A stretch of 64,000 nucleotides of DNA, from NCBI GenBank assembly GCA_022778585.1, contig JALFTI010000020.1, positions 27,501-91,500 on the forward strand. The letters are read 5' to 3'. The first letter of the stretch is position 1, and each line of letters starts with the position of its first letter. Of the stretch, positions 25,757 through 35,730 are shown one piece after another. The notes under the pieces are model-generated. The model ran no database searches. It worked only from the letters and a program-made list of their open reading frames with translations, and was not told the DNA's origin. This stretch comes from Pygmaiobacter massiliensis (GTDB taxonomy: Bacteria > Bacillota > Clostridia > Oscillospirales > Ruminococcaceae). The position numbers were made by a program, and so were the translations under genes.

Positions 25757-27535
25757 ATGACGGAGAATCGATATGTAAAAGCCTGGCTCGATGAAGTGGT
25801 CGCCCTGGTAAAGCCCAAACAGATTGTTTGGATTGACGGCAGCGAAGAACAGCTGGCCGCTTTGCGGGACGAAGCCATCAGCACTGGAGAGATGGAGGCG
25901 CTGGATTCGGAAAAACTGCCCGGCTGCCTTTTGCACCGTACCGCACCCAACGATGTGGCCCGCGTAGAGGGGCGCACCTATATCTGCACCAAAAACCAGG
26001 TGGACGCCGGCCCCATGAATAACTGGATGGAAACCGGGGAGATGAAAAAGAAGCTCATTCCCCTGTATGATGGTGTTATGGCCGACCGCACCATGTATAT
26101 CATCCCGTACTGCATGGGTCCCATCGGCAGCCCGTTTTCTAAGGTGGGCATCGAGGTAACCGATTCCATCTATGTGGTGCTGAACATGGATATTATGACC
26201 CGCATAGGCAAAAAGGCGCTGGAGCAGCTGGGAGATTCCAACGATTTTGTGCGTGGGCTTCACAGCAAGGCCAATGTGGAGGAAGAAAACCGCTATATTG
26301 TGCAGTTCCCGGAAGAAAACTCCATCTGGTCGGTAAACTCGGCCTATGGCGGCAATGTGCTTTTGGGCAAAAAATGCTTCGCTTTGCGCATTGCCAGCTA
26401 CCAGGGTTATAAAGAGGGCTGGATGGCCGAGCATATGCTGATTTTGGGCATCGAAGCGCCCAATGGGGAAACCAGCTACATTACCGCGGCCTTCCCCTCG
26501 GCCTGCGGTAAAACCAACCTGGCCATGCTAATCCCGCCCGAGGTGTATGCAAAGCAGGGCTATAAGGTTTGGACGGTGGGCGATGACATTGCCTGGATGC
26601 ATATTGGCGACGATGGCCGGCTGTATGCCATGAACCCGGAAGCGGGCTTCTTTGGCGTGGCCCCCGGCACCAACCAAAAGTCCAACCCCAACGCCTTGGC
26701 CACCACCCGGCGCAATACCATTTTTACCAATGTGGCCAAAGATGTGGACCAGAACACCGTATGGTGGGAAGGGCTGGACAAAAACCCGCCCGAGCATGCG
26801 GTAGAGTGGACCGGCAAGCCGGTAAACGGCAAAGAGTGGGTGGCCGAAGGCAAGAAGCTGGCTCATCCCAACAGCCGCTTTACCGCACCTGCGGTGAATT
26901 GCCCCTGCCTGTCCAAAGAGTTTGAAAACCCCAATGGTGTACCGGTGAGCGCCATTGTATTTGGCGGCCGGCGCGCCAAAACAGCGCCGCTTGTGTACCA
27001 GAGCTTTGACTGGGCGCACGGTGTGTTTGTAGGCAGCGCTATGGCCAGCGAGACCACTGCGGCCGCCACCGGCGCGGTGGGCGTGGTCCGCCGTGACCCC
27101 ATGGCCATGCGCCCGTTCTGCGGCTACAATATGGGCGACTATTTTGGCCACTGGCTGGAAATGGGCAAAAAGCTGGGTGATAAGGCCCCCAAAATTTTCA
27201 ATGTCAACTGGTTCCGCACCGATGAGGAAGGCCACTTCATCTGGCCGGGCTTTGGGGACAATATGCGGGTACTGATGTGGATTTTGGCCCGCTGCCGTGG
27301 CGAAGTGGACGCGGTGGAGACCGCCATCGGCTACCTGCCCAAGGCTGAGGACATTAACCTGGAAGGTATTGACGGGGTTGATGTGGAGACCGTGCGCGGT
27401 CTGCTTTCGGTGGACAGCCAGCTGTGGCTGGAGGACGCCGCCGGCGTAGAGGAGCTTTACGCCATGTTTGGTGGCCGACTGCCTGCTGAACTGGCAAAAC
27501 AGCTTGCTGACCAGAAAGCGCGTTTGTCCCGCTAA
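25757..27535 (+). CDS. pckG: phosphoenolpyruvate carboxykinase (GTP)
   Basis: Starts MTENRYVKAWLDEVVALVKPKQIVWIDGSEEQ and contains FPSACGKTNLAML (kinase-1a P-loop of GTP-PEPCK). About 592 aa. Confidence 0.95.
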   Translation: MTENRYVKAWLDEVVALVKPKQIVWIDGSEEQLAALRDEAISTGEMEALDSEKLPGCLLHRTAPNDVARVEGRTYICTKNQVDAGPMNNWMETGEMKKKLIPLYDGVMADRTMYIIPYCMGPIGSPFSKVGIEVTDSIYVVLNMDIMTRIGKKALEQLGDSNDFVRGLHSKANVEEENRYIVQFPEENSIWSVNSAYGGNVLLGKKCFALRIASYQGYKEGWMAEHMLILGIEAPNGETSYITAAFPSACGKTNLAMLIPPEVYAKQGYKVWTVGDDIAWMHIGDDGRLYAMNPEAGFFGVAPGTNQKSNPNALATTRRNTIFTNVAKDVDQNTVWWEGLDKNPPEHAVEWTGKPVNGKEWVAEGKKLAHPNSRFTAPAVNCPCLSKEFENPNGVPVSAIVFGGRRAKTAPLVYQSFDWAHGVFVGSAMASETTAAATGAVGVVRRDPMAMRPFCGYNMGDYFGHWLEMGKKLGDKAPKIFNVNWFRTDEEGHFIWPGFGDNMRVLMWILARCRGEVDAVETAIGYLPKAEDINLEGIDGVDVETVRGLLSVDSQLWLEDAAGVEELYAMFGGRLPAELAKQLADQKARLSR

Positions 27536-27756
27536 GGGGAAGCCTTTGGTATTTGTATAAAGAATAAACAGGTGCCCGGTGGCTAAAGCCGCCGGGCACC
27601 TGTTTGCTTTTTGGAACAATGGGTCGATTCTTGCTGCCTTTTACCCAGCCGCTTTTGCAGCGGCATAATGGGGGCAAAATCTTTCAGATATTCCTTGACA
27701 ACTGCCAAAAAAGACTGTATAAACAGTATAGGAAAAATCTTAGGAGGAGACCGCAA

Positions 27757-27984
27757 ATGGTATTCGAAAAAGTGAGAGAGATCATCTGTGACCAGATGGA
27801 GATCGATGAAGGTAAGGTGACCATGGACACCGATATTGTAAACGATCTGGATGCGGACTCGCTGGATATCGTGGATCTTGTCATGTCGCTGGAAGATGAA
27901 TACGGTCTTGAAATGCCCGACGAAGAGGTGGAAAAGATCAAGACAGTCGGCGATGTCGTGCGCTATATTGAGGAGCGCATCTGA
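27757..27984 (+). CDS. acpP: acyl carrier protein
   Basis: RBS AGGAGGAG. Contains the LDADSLDIVDLVM (DSL phosphopantetheine site). Length 75 aa. Confidence 0.9.
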   Translation: MVFEKVREIICDQMEIDEGKVTMDTDIVNDLDADSLDIVDLVMSLEDEYGLEMPDEEVEKIKTVGDVVRYIEERI

Positions 27985-28005
27985 TTGGGTTTTGAACAAA
28001 ACGGC

Positions 28006-28035
28006 GAAGCCTCCAAACGGAGGCTTTGTTTTTTG
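28006..28035 (+). terminator. terminator after acpP
   Basis: GAAGCCTCC-AAAC-GGAGGCTT followed by TGTTTTTT. Confidence 0.8.
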
Positions 28036-28068
28036 AAGCAGGATAAATAAGGGGAGTGTCGAAGGCGA

Positions 28069-29508
28069 ATGAGTGAGCAGAACAAAAAAATGGTGGAGGC
28101 AATTACCGCCCAGGAGGTGGATTTTGCCCAGTGGTACACCGATATCTGCACCAAGGCGGAACTGGTGGAATACTCCAGTGTAAAGGGGTTTGTGGTGCTG
28201 CGCCCGTACGGCTATGCCATTTGGGAAAACATCCAGCGGGATTTGGACGACCGGTTTAAAGCCACCGGCCACCAGAATGTGGCCATGCCCATGCTGATGC
28301 CGGAAAGCCTTTTGAAGAAGGAAGGCGAACTGGTGGACGGCTTTGCGCCGGAGGTTGCCTGGGTAACGATGGGAGGCAGCGAACAGCTGGAAGAGCGGCT
28401 GGCGGTGCGCCCCACTAGTGAAACCCTGTTCTGCGACCATTTCAGCCATGTGCTGCACAGCTGGCGGGACCTGCCCATGCTGTATAACCAGTGGTGCAGC
28501 GTGGTGCGGTGGGAAAAAACCACCCGTCCGTTTTTGCGCACCCGTGAGTTCTGGTGGCAGGAAGGCCATACCATCCACGAAACCGCCGAGGAGGCCATTG
28601 CCGAGACCGAGCAGCAGCTGGCCTGCTATGCAGACTTCTGCGAGCGGGATCTGTGCATTCCCGTTTTGAAGGGCCGCAAGACCGATAAGGAAAAGTTTGC
28701 CGGCGCGGACGCTACCTATACCATTGAAGCCATGATGAAGGACGGCAAGGCGCTGCAGTCCGGTACCAGCCACTATTTTGGCGACAAGTTCAGCCGCGCC
28801 TATGATGTTACATTTGCCGGGCGGGACAACACCCTGCGTCATCCGTTCCAGACCAGCTGGGGCACCTCTACCCGGCTGATCGGCGCCATTATTATGACCC
28901 ACGGCGATGACGACGGCCTGATTTTGCCGCCGGCTATTGCCCCCATTCAGCTGGTGGTGGTGCCGGTGGCGGCCCACAAGCCCGGTGTGCTGGAAAAGGC
29001 GCGGGAGCTGAAAGAGCGTCTTGGCAAACAGTTCAAGGTCCATCTGGACGATTCGGACAACTCTCCCGGCTGGAAGTTCAGCCAGTACGAGATGAAAGGT
29101 GTTCCGCTGCGGCTGGAAATTGGGCCTAAAGATATCGAAAAGGGACAGTGCGTGCTGGTACGCCGCGATACCCGCGAAAAGTATTTTGTGCCCCTGGCCG
29201 ATTTGGAAACGGAAATCAGCCGCCTTTTGCAGGAGCTGGCGCAAAACCTGTATAACCGTGCACTGGAAAACCGCGAAAAGCGCACCTGGTCTGCCACTAC
29301 CATGGAACAGGTGAAGCAGCTTTCGGCAGAGCATACCGGTTTTATTAAAACCATGTGGTGCGGCGATTTGGCCTGCGAGGAGAAGATGAAGGAAGAAGCG
29401 GGCCTTTCCAGCCGGTGCATGCCGTTTGAGCAGGAAGCGCTTTCGGATGTTTGCCCCTGCTGCGGGCGCCCCGCCAAAACTATGGTGGTGTGGGGCAAGG
29501 CTTACTAA
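28069..29508 (+). CDS. proS: proline--tRNA ligase (archaeal/eukaryote-like type, no INS editing domain)
   Basis: Starts [53 protein letters not shown]. Has class II motifs and a C-terminal Zn-type CxxC (CPCCGRPA). Length 479 aa. Confidence 0.95.
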   Translation: MSEQNKKMVEAITAQEVDFAQWYTDICTKAELVEYSSVKGFVVLRPYGYAIWENIQRDLDDRFKATGHQNVAMPMLMPESLLKKEGELVDGFAPEVAWVTMGGSEQLEERLAVRPTSETLFCDHFSHVLHSWRDLPMLYNQWCSVVRWEKTTRPFLRTREFWWQEGHTIHETAEEAIAETEQQLACYADFCERDLCIPVLKGRKTDKEKFAGADATYTIEAMMKDGKALQSGTSHYFGDKFSRAYDVTFAGRDNTLRHPFQTSWGTSTRLIGAIIMTHGDDDGLILPPAIAPIQLVVVPVAAHKPGVLEKARELKERLGKQFKVHLDDSDNSPGWKFSQYEMKGVPLRLEIGPKDIEKGQCVLVRRDTREKYFVPLADLETEISRLLQELAQNLYNRALENREKRTWSATTMEQVKQLSAEHTGFIKTMWCGDLACEEKMKEEAGLSSRCMPFEQEALSDVCPCCGRPAKTMVVWGKAY

Positions 29509-29564
29509 GCCTGTAAGTTTTTGTGTTGGGCTTTTTGGCCGGAAAACACAGCCTATTTGTTTAT

Positions 29565-29598
29565 AAAAAAGCAACCGCCCAAAAGGCGGCTGCTTTTT
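29565..29598. terminator. bidirectional terminator (proS / YheO-like regulator)
   Basis: AAAAAAGCAACCGCC-CAAAA-GGCGGCTGCTTTTT. Confidence 0.8.
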
Positions 29599-29659
29599 GC
29601 GTTTTACAAAAAGGGTACTCTGCCCATAGGCGGCAAAATACAGGTAAGGTTTGTTTGCT

Positions 29660-30352
29660 TTACGGCTTCTGTGTCCGGCGTTCCCGGTTCAGCTTGCTCA
29701 AATACCGGTAAATGCTGGCCGGCGAGCAGGCCAGCTGCTGCGCCACCTCGTTTACAGCGCCCTTTAGCAGGAAGATGCCGCGCTGTTCCAAAACCCCCAC
29801 AATCTCCATCTTTTCTTCCTGGGTCAGCCGCTGGGGCGGAACCGAACGGTCCAAAACCGAGGATAGAGCATCTTCGGTAGCAGCGGCAATGCTGTTAAAA
29901 AAGGTTTCGGTCGGCTCGGCTGCACTGTCGTTTGCAGGTGGAGCGGCAAAGGGGGTCTGGGCCATCTGCTCCGGATGCGCCAGGCCCAGCACACGGGAGG
30001 CAAGCTCCTGGTAACGGCTGTCATCAAAATTGATGCACAAAAGCCCGGCCAGCCGGCCTTTGTCGTCCTTAATAAAAAAGGTGGAACAGCGCAAAGCGTG
30101 GCCAGCGGCAGAAACGCCCCGGTAATTCAGCTTGCAGTTTTCGGTTTCATAGCTGCGGTCGGCAATAATCTGCATGGCAACATTGGTCAGCGGTGCACCA
30201 ACGGTACGGCCGCTTACATGGCCGTTGGCAATTGCAACAATAGCGGGTTTGGCACAGGACAGGTCATGCAGTGCAATCTCATAATCCGGGCCGAGCGCGC
30301 TTCCCAAAAATTCTACCAGTGCGCGGTAGCGGCGCAGCATATCGGAATTCAT
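29660..30352 (-). CDS. YheO-like PAS domain + HTH transcriptional regulator
   Basis: RBS AAAGGAG. Starts MNSDMLRRYRALVEFLGSALGPDYEIALHDL, with ...CINFDDS (YheO-like PAS) and the C-terminal HTH GAVNEVAQQLACSPASIYRYLSKL. Confidence 0.8.
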   Translation of the reverse strand: MNSDMLRRYRALVEFLGSALGPDYEIALHDLSCAKPAIVAIANGHVSGRTVGAPLTNVAMQIIADRSYETENCKLNYRGVSAAGHALRCSTFFIKDDKGRLAGLLCINFDDSRYQELASRVLGLAHPEQMAQTPFAAPPANDSAAEPTETFFNSIAAATEDALSSVLDRSVPPQRLTQEEKMEIVGVLEQRGIFLLKGAVNEVAQQLACSPASIYRYLSKLNRERRTQKP

Positions 30353-30593
30353 CAGGACGCTCCTTTCTCACTTTGCGCTTTTTGAAAAACCGAATGATTC
30401 GCTTTGCATACAGTATACCATTGAGCTATGCCCAAACGCAACGGCAAACAAATACCCCCTTGTTTGTGCAGGTTGTACTTTTTGGGAGAAAAACCCGAAA
30501 AGAGTTGACAGTATTTTATTACAATGATAGGATTTTATTATATGAAGGATGCCGGCTGTTCCCGGCTTGCAAAAGGAAAAGGAGGCTATTGCC

Positions 30594-30968
30594 ATGAAAG
30601 AAGCCATCAGCACCAGTGCAGCGCCGGCCGCAATTGGTCCCTATTCGCAGGGAATCGATGCGGGCAGCATTGTAATCACCTCGGGTCAGCTGCCTATTGA
30701 CCCGGCCACCGGGGCATTCCCGGAGGGGATTGCCGCACAGACGCGCCAGTCGCTGGATAACTGCAAAGCGGTGCTTGCCGCCGCTGGCCTTGGCATGGAC
30801 CATGTGGTAAAAACCACGGTATTTTTGCAGGATATGAACGACTTTGCCGCCATGAACGAGGTGTATGCCACCTATTTTGAAGGCGCGTGCCCGGCCCGCA
30901 GCGCGGTGCAGGTGGCTCGGCTGCCCAAAGACGCGGCTGTGGAAATTGAGTGTATTGCTGTGCGCTGA
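30594..30968 (+). CDS. ridA: RidA family reactive enamine/imine deaminase
   Basis: [30 protein letters not shown]...[18 protein letters not shown]...[19 protein letters not shown] is the YjgF/RidA signature. Confidence 0.9.
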   Translation: MKEAISTSAAPAAIGPYSQGIDAGSIVITSGQLPIDPATGAFPEGIAAQTRQSLDNCKAVLAAAGLGMDHVVKTTVFLQDMNDFAAMNEVYATYFEGACPARSAVQVARLPKDAAVEIECIAVR

Positions 30969-31021
30969 TCGACTGTGCCCGTGGAGGTGGTCAGAGCGCG
31001 GCCTTGCCAGGAGGTAAAAGG

Positions 31022-32305
31022 ATGGAAGAGTCTGTTTGTAAAAATTTTGTCGCAATTTTAAACAGCGAGCTGATGGTGGCGCTGGGCTGTACCGAGCCAA
31101 TCGCCATCGCTTATGCGGGGGCAAAGGTCCGGCAGGTGCTGGGCAAAATGCCCGAACATGTGGAAGTGGCCTGCAGCGGCAATATTATTAAAAATGTGAA
31201 AGGGGTTACGGTGCCCAATTCCGGCGGCCAAAAAGGCATTGCCGTGGCAGCGGCCCTGGGCATTGTGGGCGGCGACGCCGACCGGGAGCTGGCTGTTTTG
31301 GAGACCATTACCCTCGAGCACCAGGAGACGGTGCGCCAGCTTTTGAAAACCGACTTTTGCGACTGCAGCCTGGTGGAAGGGGTAGCAAACCTTTATATCC
31401 TCATTACGGCGCAGGCGGGCGAGGAATCTGCCCAGGTGGAGATCAGCACCTACCATACCAACATTACCCGCATTACCAAAAACGGCAAGGTTGTGCTGGA
31501 AAAGAAAGAACAGGCCCCTGCCGACACCGGCGATGTGGTGCCGGACAAGTCCCAGCTGAACCTTAAGGATATTCTGGAATTTGGCCGCACAGTGGACCTC
31601 AAGCTTATTGCGCCGGTGCTGGAACGCCAGATCGAGTGCAACAGCGCCATCTCCGCCGAAGGGCTTAAAAATCCCTGGGGCGCGCAGGTGGGCCGTACCC
31701 TGCTGGCCTGCGGGGGCGAAACGCCGGACCTGCGCACCAGGGCTAAGGCCGCCGCAGCGGCAGGCAGCGATGCCAGAATGAACGGTTGTCCGCTGCCGGT
31801 GGTTATTAACTCGGGTTCCGGCAACCAGGGCATTACCATTACCATGCCGCTTTTGACCTATGCTAAGGCCTATGGCAAAAGCCATGAAGAGACCCTGCGG
31901 GCGCTGGCGGTGGCAAACCTGATCAGCGTGCACCAGAAAAAGTACATTGGCAGCCTGTCTGCCTATTGCGGCGCCACCAGTGCAGCCTGTGCCTCCGCAG
32001 CAGCTATCTGCTGGATGCTGGGCGGCAGTGAAAAGCAGATTGCCGACACCATTACCAATACCATCTGCACGGTGGGTGGTATGGTCTGCGACGGCGCCAA
32101 ATCTTCCTGCGCGGCCAAAATTGCCAGCGCGGTGGATACTGCGGTGACTGCGCTGGAGATGAGCCGCGCAGGCAATGTGTTCCAGCCGGGCGAGGGCCTG
32201 GTGCTGGAGGATGTGGAAGGCACCATTCGCAGTGTGGGCCGCATGGGCCGCGAGGGTATGAAGTCCACTGATATTGAAATTTTGAACATTATGTTGGGCA
32301 AGTAA
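31022..32305 (+). CDS. UPF0597/YhaM family protein (L-cysteine desulfidase CyuA homologue)
   Basis: RBS AGGAGG. FVAILNSELMVALGCTEPIAIAYAGA...GNIIKNVKGVTVPNSG is the serine dehydratase alpha-like fold typical of YhaM/CyuA. About 427 aa. Confidence 0.85.
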   Translation: MEESVCKNFVAILNSELMVALGCTEPIAIAYAGAKVRQVLGKMPEHVEVACSGNIIKNVKGVTVPNSGGQKGIAVAAALGIVGGDADRELAVLETITLEHQETVRQLLKTDFCDCSLVEGVANLYILITAQAGEESAQVEISTYHTNITRITKNGKVVLEKKEQAPADTGDVVPDKSQLNLKDILEFGRTVDLKLIAPVLERQIECNSAISAEGLKNPWGAQVGRTLLACGGETPDLRTRAKAAAAAGSDARMNGCPLPVVINSGSGNQGITITMPLLTYAKAYGKSHEETLRALAVANLISVHQKKYIGSLSAYCGATSAACASAAAICWMLGGSEKQIADTITNTICTVGGMVCDGAKSSCAAKIASAVDTAVTALEMSRAGNVFQPGEGLVLEDVEGTIRSVGRMGREGMKSTDIEILNIMLGK

Positions 32306-32403
32306 AGGAAAGATGACCTGGCGCCGGCGGAAAGCTGCATTTTTATGTGGCTTAAGGGGAGAGCTATTGTCAGTATTTCTTGCAAACAAATGTTTTTTGA
32401 ACA

Positions 32404-32437
32404 AAAAGGGACGCCGCATAAGCGGCGTCCCTTTTTA
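32404..32437. terminator. terminator after cyuA-like gene
   Basis: AAAAGGGACGCCGC-ATAA-GCGGCGTCCCTTTTTAT. Confidence 0.85.
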
Positions 32438-32472
32438 TATGGATAAATGATATGGATAAATGATATGGATAA
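32438..32472. repeat. 13-bp tandem repeat x2.7 (TATGGATAAATGA)
   Basis: TATGGATAAATGA occurs at 32438-32450 and 32451-32463, then TATGGATAA at 32464-32472. Confidence 0.9.
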
Positions 32473-32490
32473 CGGTGCGGTTTTGCAGGC

Positions 32491-32871
32491 TTAGTAGGGG
32501 TAAAAGGGAAGATTACGCAAAACGCCAAAAACCAGCAATGCCCCCACGCAAAGCCAAAGCAAAACCGACTGAATGCAGTTTGGTCTAAGCTGGCCGGTGC
32601 GAACCCATTTTGCCGCAAGCGATGCAGCCAGTGCCAACAAAACTGGGCTAAGCAGCAAAAGGCAGGGGTTTGCGCGCCAGGCCGCGCCCAGGTCGCCGGC
32701 AGCCAGCGAAGAGAGAAGCCGCGTTACACCGCAGCCAGGACAGTTAAGCCCGGTAGCCAAGTGAAACAAACACGGCACACCGAACCCGGCCCTTGAAAGC
32801 AGTACGCCGCCTGTGCACAAAAAAAGCACCAAGGCGCCTACTGCAAAAAGTTTTTGCAAACGCTTCTTCAT
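32491..32871 (-). CDS. DUF2752 domain-containing membrane protein
   Basis: CLFHLATGLNCPGCGVTRLLSSLAAGD, with the CPxCG motif between TM helices. Confidence 0.75.
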   Translation of the reverse strand: MKKRLQKLFAVGALVLFLCTGGVLLSRAGFGVPCLFHLATGLNCPGCGVTRLLSSLAAGDLGAAWRANPCLLLLSPVLLALAASLAAKWVRTGQLRPNCIQSVLLWLCVGALLVFGVLRNLPFYPY

Positions 32872-33230
32872 TGGTTTTGATAAAATCGGTCACTCCATGC
32901 GTTTAAATCGTTTTGTAAAAGCGCCCAGGAGATGACGGAAAAGCCGAACAGCCCCAGCAGCAGGTAGACAAGACCGCTATTTTGCGTTCGCCAGCCATGC
33001 TGCTGGCGAACGGCATCCATCTTATCGCCGGCGGTGTAAAGCCAGTAAAGATGATAGATGCCGCAGGTGATGATGCTGCACAATACCACCGCGCCGCCGG
33101 AAAAATCGTCCTGCCGGTCGCAGACAGTGTTCACATCGTTGGCCATGCAGGCAATCCAGTACAGATTGTATAGTCCGCAGGTCACAATGCACAGAAGAAT
33201 ACACACAACAATATTGCGCCTTTGGATCAT
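32868..33230 (-). CDS. DUF4234 domain-containing membrane protein
   Basis: Duplicated TCG(L/I)Y(N/H)LYW(I/L) helix motif. 4-nt overlap with the DUF2752 gene. RBS GGAGG. Confidence 0.7.
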   Translation of the reverse strand: MIQRRNIVVCILLCIVTCGLYNLYWIACMANDVNTVCDRQDDFSGGAVVLCSIITCGIYHLYWLYTAGDKMDAVRQQHGWRTQNSGLVYLLLGLFGFSVISWALLQNDLNAWSDRFYQNQ

Positions 33231-33328
33231 GGGTAAGACCTCCTTTTATGGCTAAATCGAAAGGAAAACCAAACCGGCATCAAAACGAAAATGCCAAAAC
33301 GCCAATAAAATTTACAGCTTTTCCGCTT

Positions 33329-34867
33329 TTACATCAGCGGGGCAAAAAAGCGGAAAATCATCTGTAAAATGCGCCGGTAGCGGGGGGTGGCATTTACATC
33401 GGCCATTGTTACCAGCCGGCTTTGGGCAAAACAGTTTTCCACATCCCGGCGCACATCCTGCACAATTTGGCCCCCGTAAAAGGCACAACAGTTTTCAAAA
33501 TGCAGGTACAGGCTGCGAAAGTCCAGATTGGCGCTGCCCACCACGGCAACTTTATCATCGCTTACATGCATTTTGGCGTGAATAAACCCGGGGGTGTATT
33601 CGTAAATTTTTACGCCGGCCTGCAAAAGCGGACGGTAATAGCTGCGGGTCAAAAGGTATACATAGGGTTTATCCGGAATGCCAGGCACCACAATGCGCAC
33701 ATCCACCCCGCTTTTAGCCGCCAGGGTCAGCGCGGTCTGTAGCTGGTAGTCCAGCACCAGGTAGGGGGTGGTCAAATAAACATAATCTTTTGCCCGGTTA
33801 ATAATGTTCATATAGGCCGATTCGGAAACATTTTCATCATCCAGAGGCGTGTCGGCAAAGGGCTGCACAAAGCCATCGGTTACACCGCGGCTTTTGGGCA
33901 GGTAGGCGTTGTAGTCGGGCACCTGGCCGGACAGGTAATGCCACATTTTTAAAAAGGTTACCGTAAGGGAATAAACCGCTGGCCCCTGAATGCAAAAAGC
34001 CGTGTCCTTCCAGTAGCCAAACCTCTTTTTGCGGTTGATGTATTCGTCCGCAAAATTCAGCCCGCCGGTAAACCCAACATCCCCGTCCACCACGCAGATT
34101 TTGCGGTGGTCCCGGTGATTGAGCATAATGTAGTCGCTGATATGGGGAGAGAGGGCCAGAGGATTAAAAATGCGAGCCTTTATTCCCATTCGGGCCAGCT
34201 TTTGTTCATAATTTTCCGGAAGGGTAAAAAGAGACCCAAACCCGTCCCAAATAACCCGCACATCCACCCCGGCGCTGGCCCTTTCGGCCAGAATTTCCAG
34301 GGTTTTGTCCCACATTTCGCCCTGCTCAATAATAAAATATTCCAAAAAAATGCATTCTTGGGCTTCGGACAGGCGTTTTAAAAAGAAAGGGAAAAACTCT
34401 TCCCCGCAGGAAAAATAGGTGCAGTCGGTCTGCTGGTAAACCGGGGCTGCCGCCATTCGCCCCAAATATTCCGCCTGGCGGCTCAGCTGAGGCGCTGCCT
34501 TTTCCAGCACCGAAAACAGCTGTTCGTCCGAACGCATGGCTTGCGCGGCCTGGTACTCCACCAGGCTGAACCGGCGCGCTACCTTGGCGGGCAGCTTGCG
34601 GTCGCCCCAGGTCAGATACATCAAAGCGCCAGGTACCGGCAAAATAACCGTCACCAGCAGCCACATCACTTTATAGGAAGGGTCCACATCGTCCCGGTTC
34701 AGCAAAAAAACCACCACCAGTGCCGCGGCCATAATCATGAAAGCATAGGTGTAAGGGCCAATGGTGGTAAAACGCCAAGCCAGCCAGAAAAAAAGGCTGA
34801 TTTGGACCAAAGCCAGCAGGGCAAAGAAGAAACTGCGGCTTGATAAAATTTTGTACAGCTTGCGCAT
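33329..34867 (-). CDS. cls: cardiolipin synthase
   Basis: ATG 34867 follows AGGAG. Two N-terminal TM helices and two HKD motifs (HRKICVVDGDVGFTGGLN; HAKMHVSDDKVAVVGSANLD). Confidence 0.92.
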   Translation of the reverse strand: MRKLYKILSSRSFFFALLALVQISLFFWLAWRFTTIGPYTYAFMIMAAALVVVFLLNRDDVDPSYKVMWLLVTVILPVPGALMYLTWGDRKLPAKVARRFSLVEYQAAQAMRSDEQLFSVLEKAAPQLSRQAEYLGRMAAAPVYQQTDCTYFSCGEEFFPFFLKRLSEAQECIFLEYFIIEQGEMWDKTLEILAERASAGVDVRVIWDGFGSLFTLPENYEQKLARMGIKARIFNPLALSPHISDYIMLNHRDHRKICVVDGDVGFTGGLNFADEYINRKKRFGYWKDTAFCIQGPAVYSLTVTFLKMWHYLSGQVPDYNAYLPKSRGVTDGFVQPFADTPLDDENVSESAYMNIINRAKDYVYLTTPYLVLDYQLQTALTLAAKSGVDVRIVVPGIPDKPYVYLLTRSYYRPLLQAGVKIYEYTPGFIHAKMHVSDDKVAVVGSANLDFRSLYLHFENCCAFYGGQIVQDVRRDVENCFAQSRLVTMADVNATPRYRRILQMIFRFFAPLM

Positions 34868-35140
34868 GGAGGCTCCTTTCCTTGCAGGTACAAAACTGCC
34901 GGGCAAACTTTATAAAAAACCCGGACTTTTGTGTGAAAAAACAATAACCCCAATAAAGATATTTTAGCACAAAACCAAAAAAATTCCTACTGACAGCCGG
35001 GCTATACTGCCGGCAAACTTTATTGTTGCAAAAAATTTGTAAAAAAGCACAGCTTGTCTGCTGCTTGACAGAACCGGTAAAGTCCGGTATCCTAAACATA
35101 GAAATTGGATGGCGCCCTGCGCGCAGGAAGGCGGCGAAAT

Positions 35141-35461
35141 ATGCTGGACGAAAATGCACCGGATCTGATCACGCTGGAGGATGAAAGCGGGCAGGAATTC
35201 ACCTTTGAAATTGTGGATGAAGTGGACTGCGATGGGGAACACTATGTAGCGCTGGTACCCTATGTGCAGACCGATGAAGAGGCAGCCGCCGCGCTGGAAG
35301 AGGAAGCAAGCCTGATTATTATGCGGGTTTCCGAGGAAGACGGCGAAAATGTGTTCGACACGGTGGACGACGATGAAGAGCTGTACCGGGTTGGCGGCGT
35401 GTTTGCAAAGCGGTTGGAAGAACTGTACGATTTGGATGACGAAGAGCTTCCCCGTTCCTAA
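35141..35461 (+). CDS. DUF1292 domain-containing protein
   Basis: MLDENAPDLITLEDESGQEFTFEIVDEVDCDGEHYVALVP... followed by an acidic tail, which is the typical DUF1292 pattern. Confidence 0.8.
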   Translation: MLDENAPDLITLEDESGQEFTFEIVDEVDCDGEHYVALVPYVQTDEEAAAALEEEASLIIMRVSEEDGENVFDTVDDDEELYRVGGVFAKRLEELYDLDDEELPRS

Positions 35462-35519
35462 CCGGCAGTAACCCTGCTGTATCTCCTGCGCTGTGCGATT
35501 TGTTGCGGCTTTATATAAT

Positions 35520-35730
35520 CCTACTAATCAATCAACGGGAGCTTGGCGTCCTTTGGTGAATTGCAGACCTCCCCGCTTGCGGGAAGAAGGGAGCGTGAAG
35601 CCAAAGGCAGGGCACCCACCTGCCAAAATGGTAGGTTTTGATTGGCCGCAGACGGCAGCGCGGGAGAAGATGTTTTCTATAAGAGGAAACGACCGACAGG
35701 CGGTTGTTTCCTCTTTTTTTGCAAAATTTG
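35520..35730 (+). ncRNA. candidate ~200-nt structured RNA (independent sRNA or structured 3'UTR of the DUF1292 gene), class unknown
   Basis: A -10 box TATAAT lies at 35514-35519, but the -35 is poor. Helices: CAATCAA (35529-35535)/TTGATTG (35638-35644); CTTTGG/CCAAAG (35551-35556 / 35601-35606); CCCG-CUUG-CGGG tetraloop hairpin (35572-35583); GCAGG-GCACCCA-CCTGC (35607-35623). A strong terminator follows: AAGAGGAAACGACCG-acagg-CGGTTGTTTCCTCTT+TTTTT (35691-35730). Confidence 0.35.

Noticed and set aside
27985-28068. T-box leaders upstream of proS (27985-28068), ilvE (40848-40963) and the leuB-like gene (57687-57764)
   Set aside because: The leaders are only ~80-115 nt and lack specifier-loop or T-box (AGGGUGGNACCGCG) sequences. 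proS is preceded simply by the acpP terminator.
27583-29574. 663-aa minus-strand ORF (longest in the window) antisense to acpP and proS
   Set aside because: It spans two well-supported plus-strand genes and their intergenic terminator. It has no motifs or RBS and has typical antisense composition.
35520-35650. Cobalamin riboswitch (GGTGAATT..., AAGGGAG, GAAGCCA...CCTGCC loosely resemble B12-element pieces)
   Set aside because: The B12 box and the GCCACUG element are not present. The downstream genes are unrelated to cobalamin. An independent promoter lies between the element and frlD.
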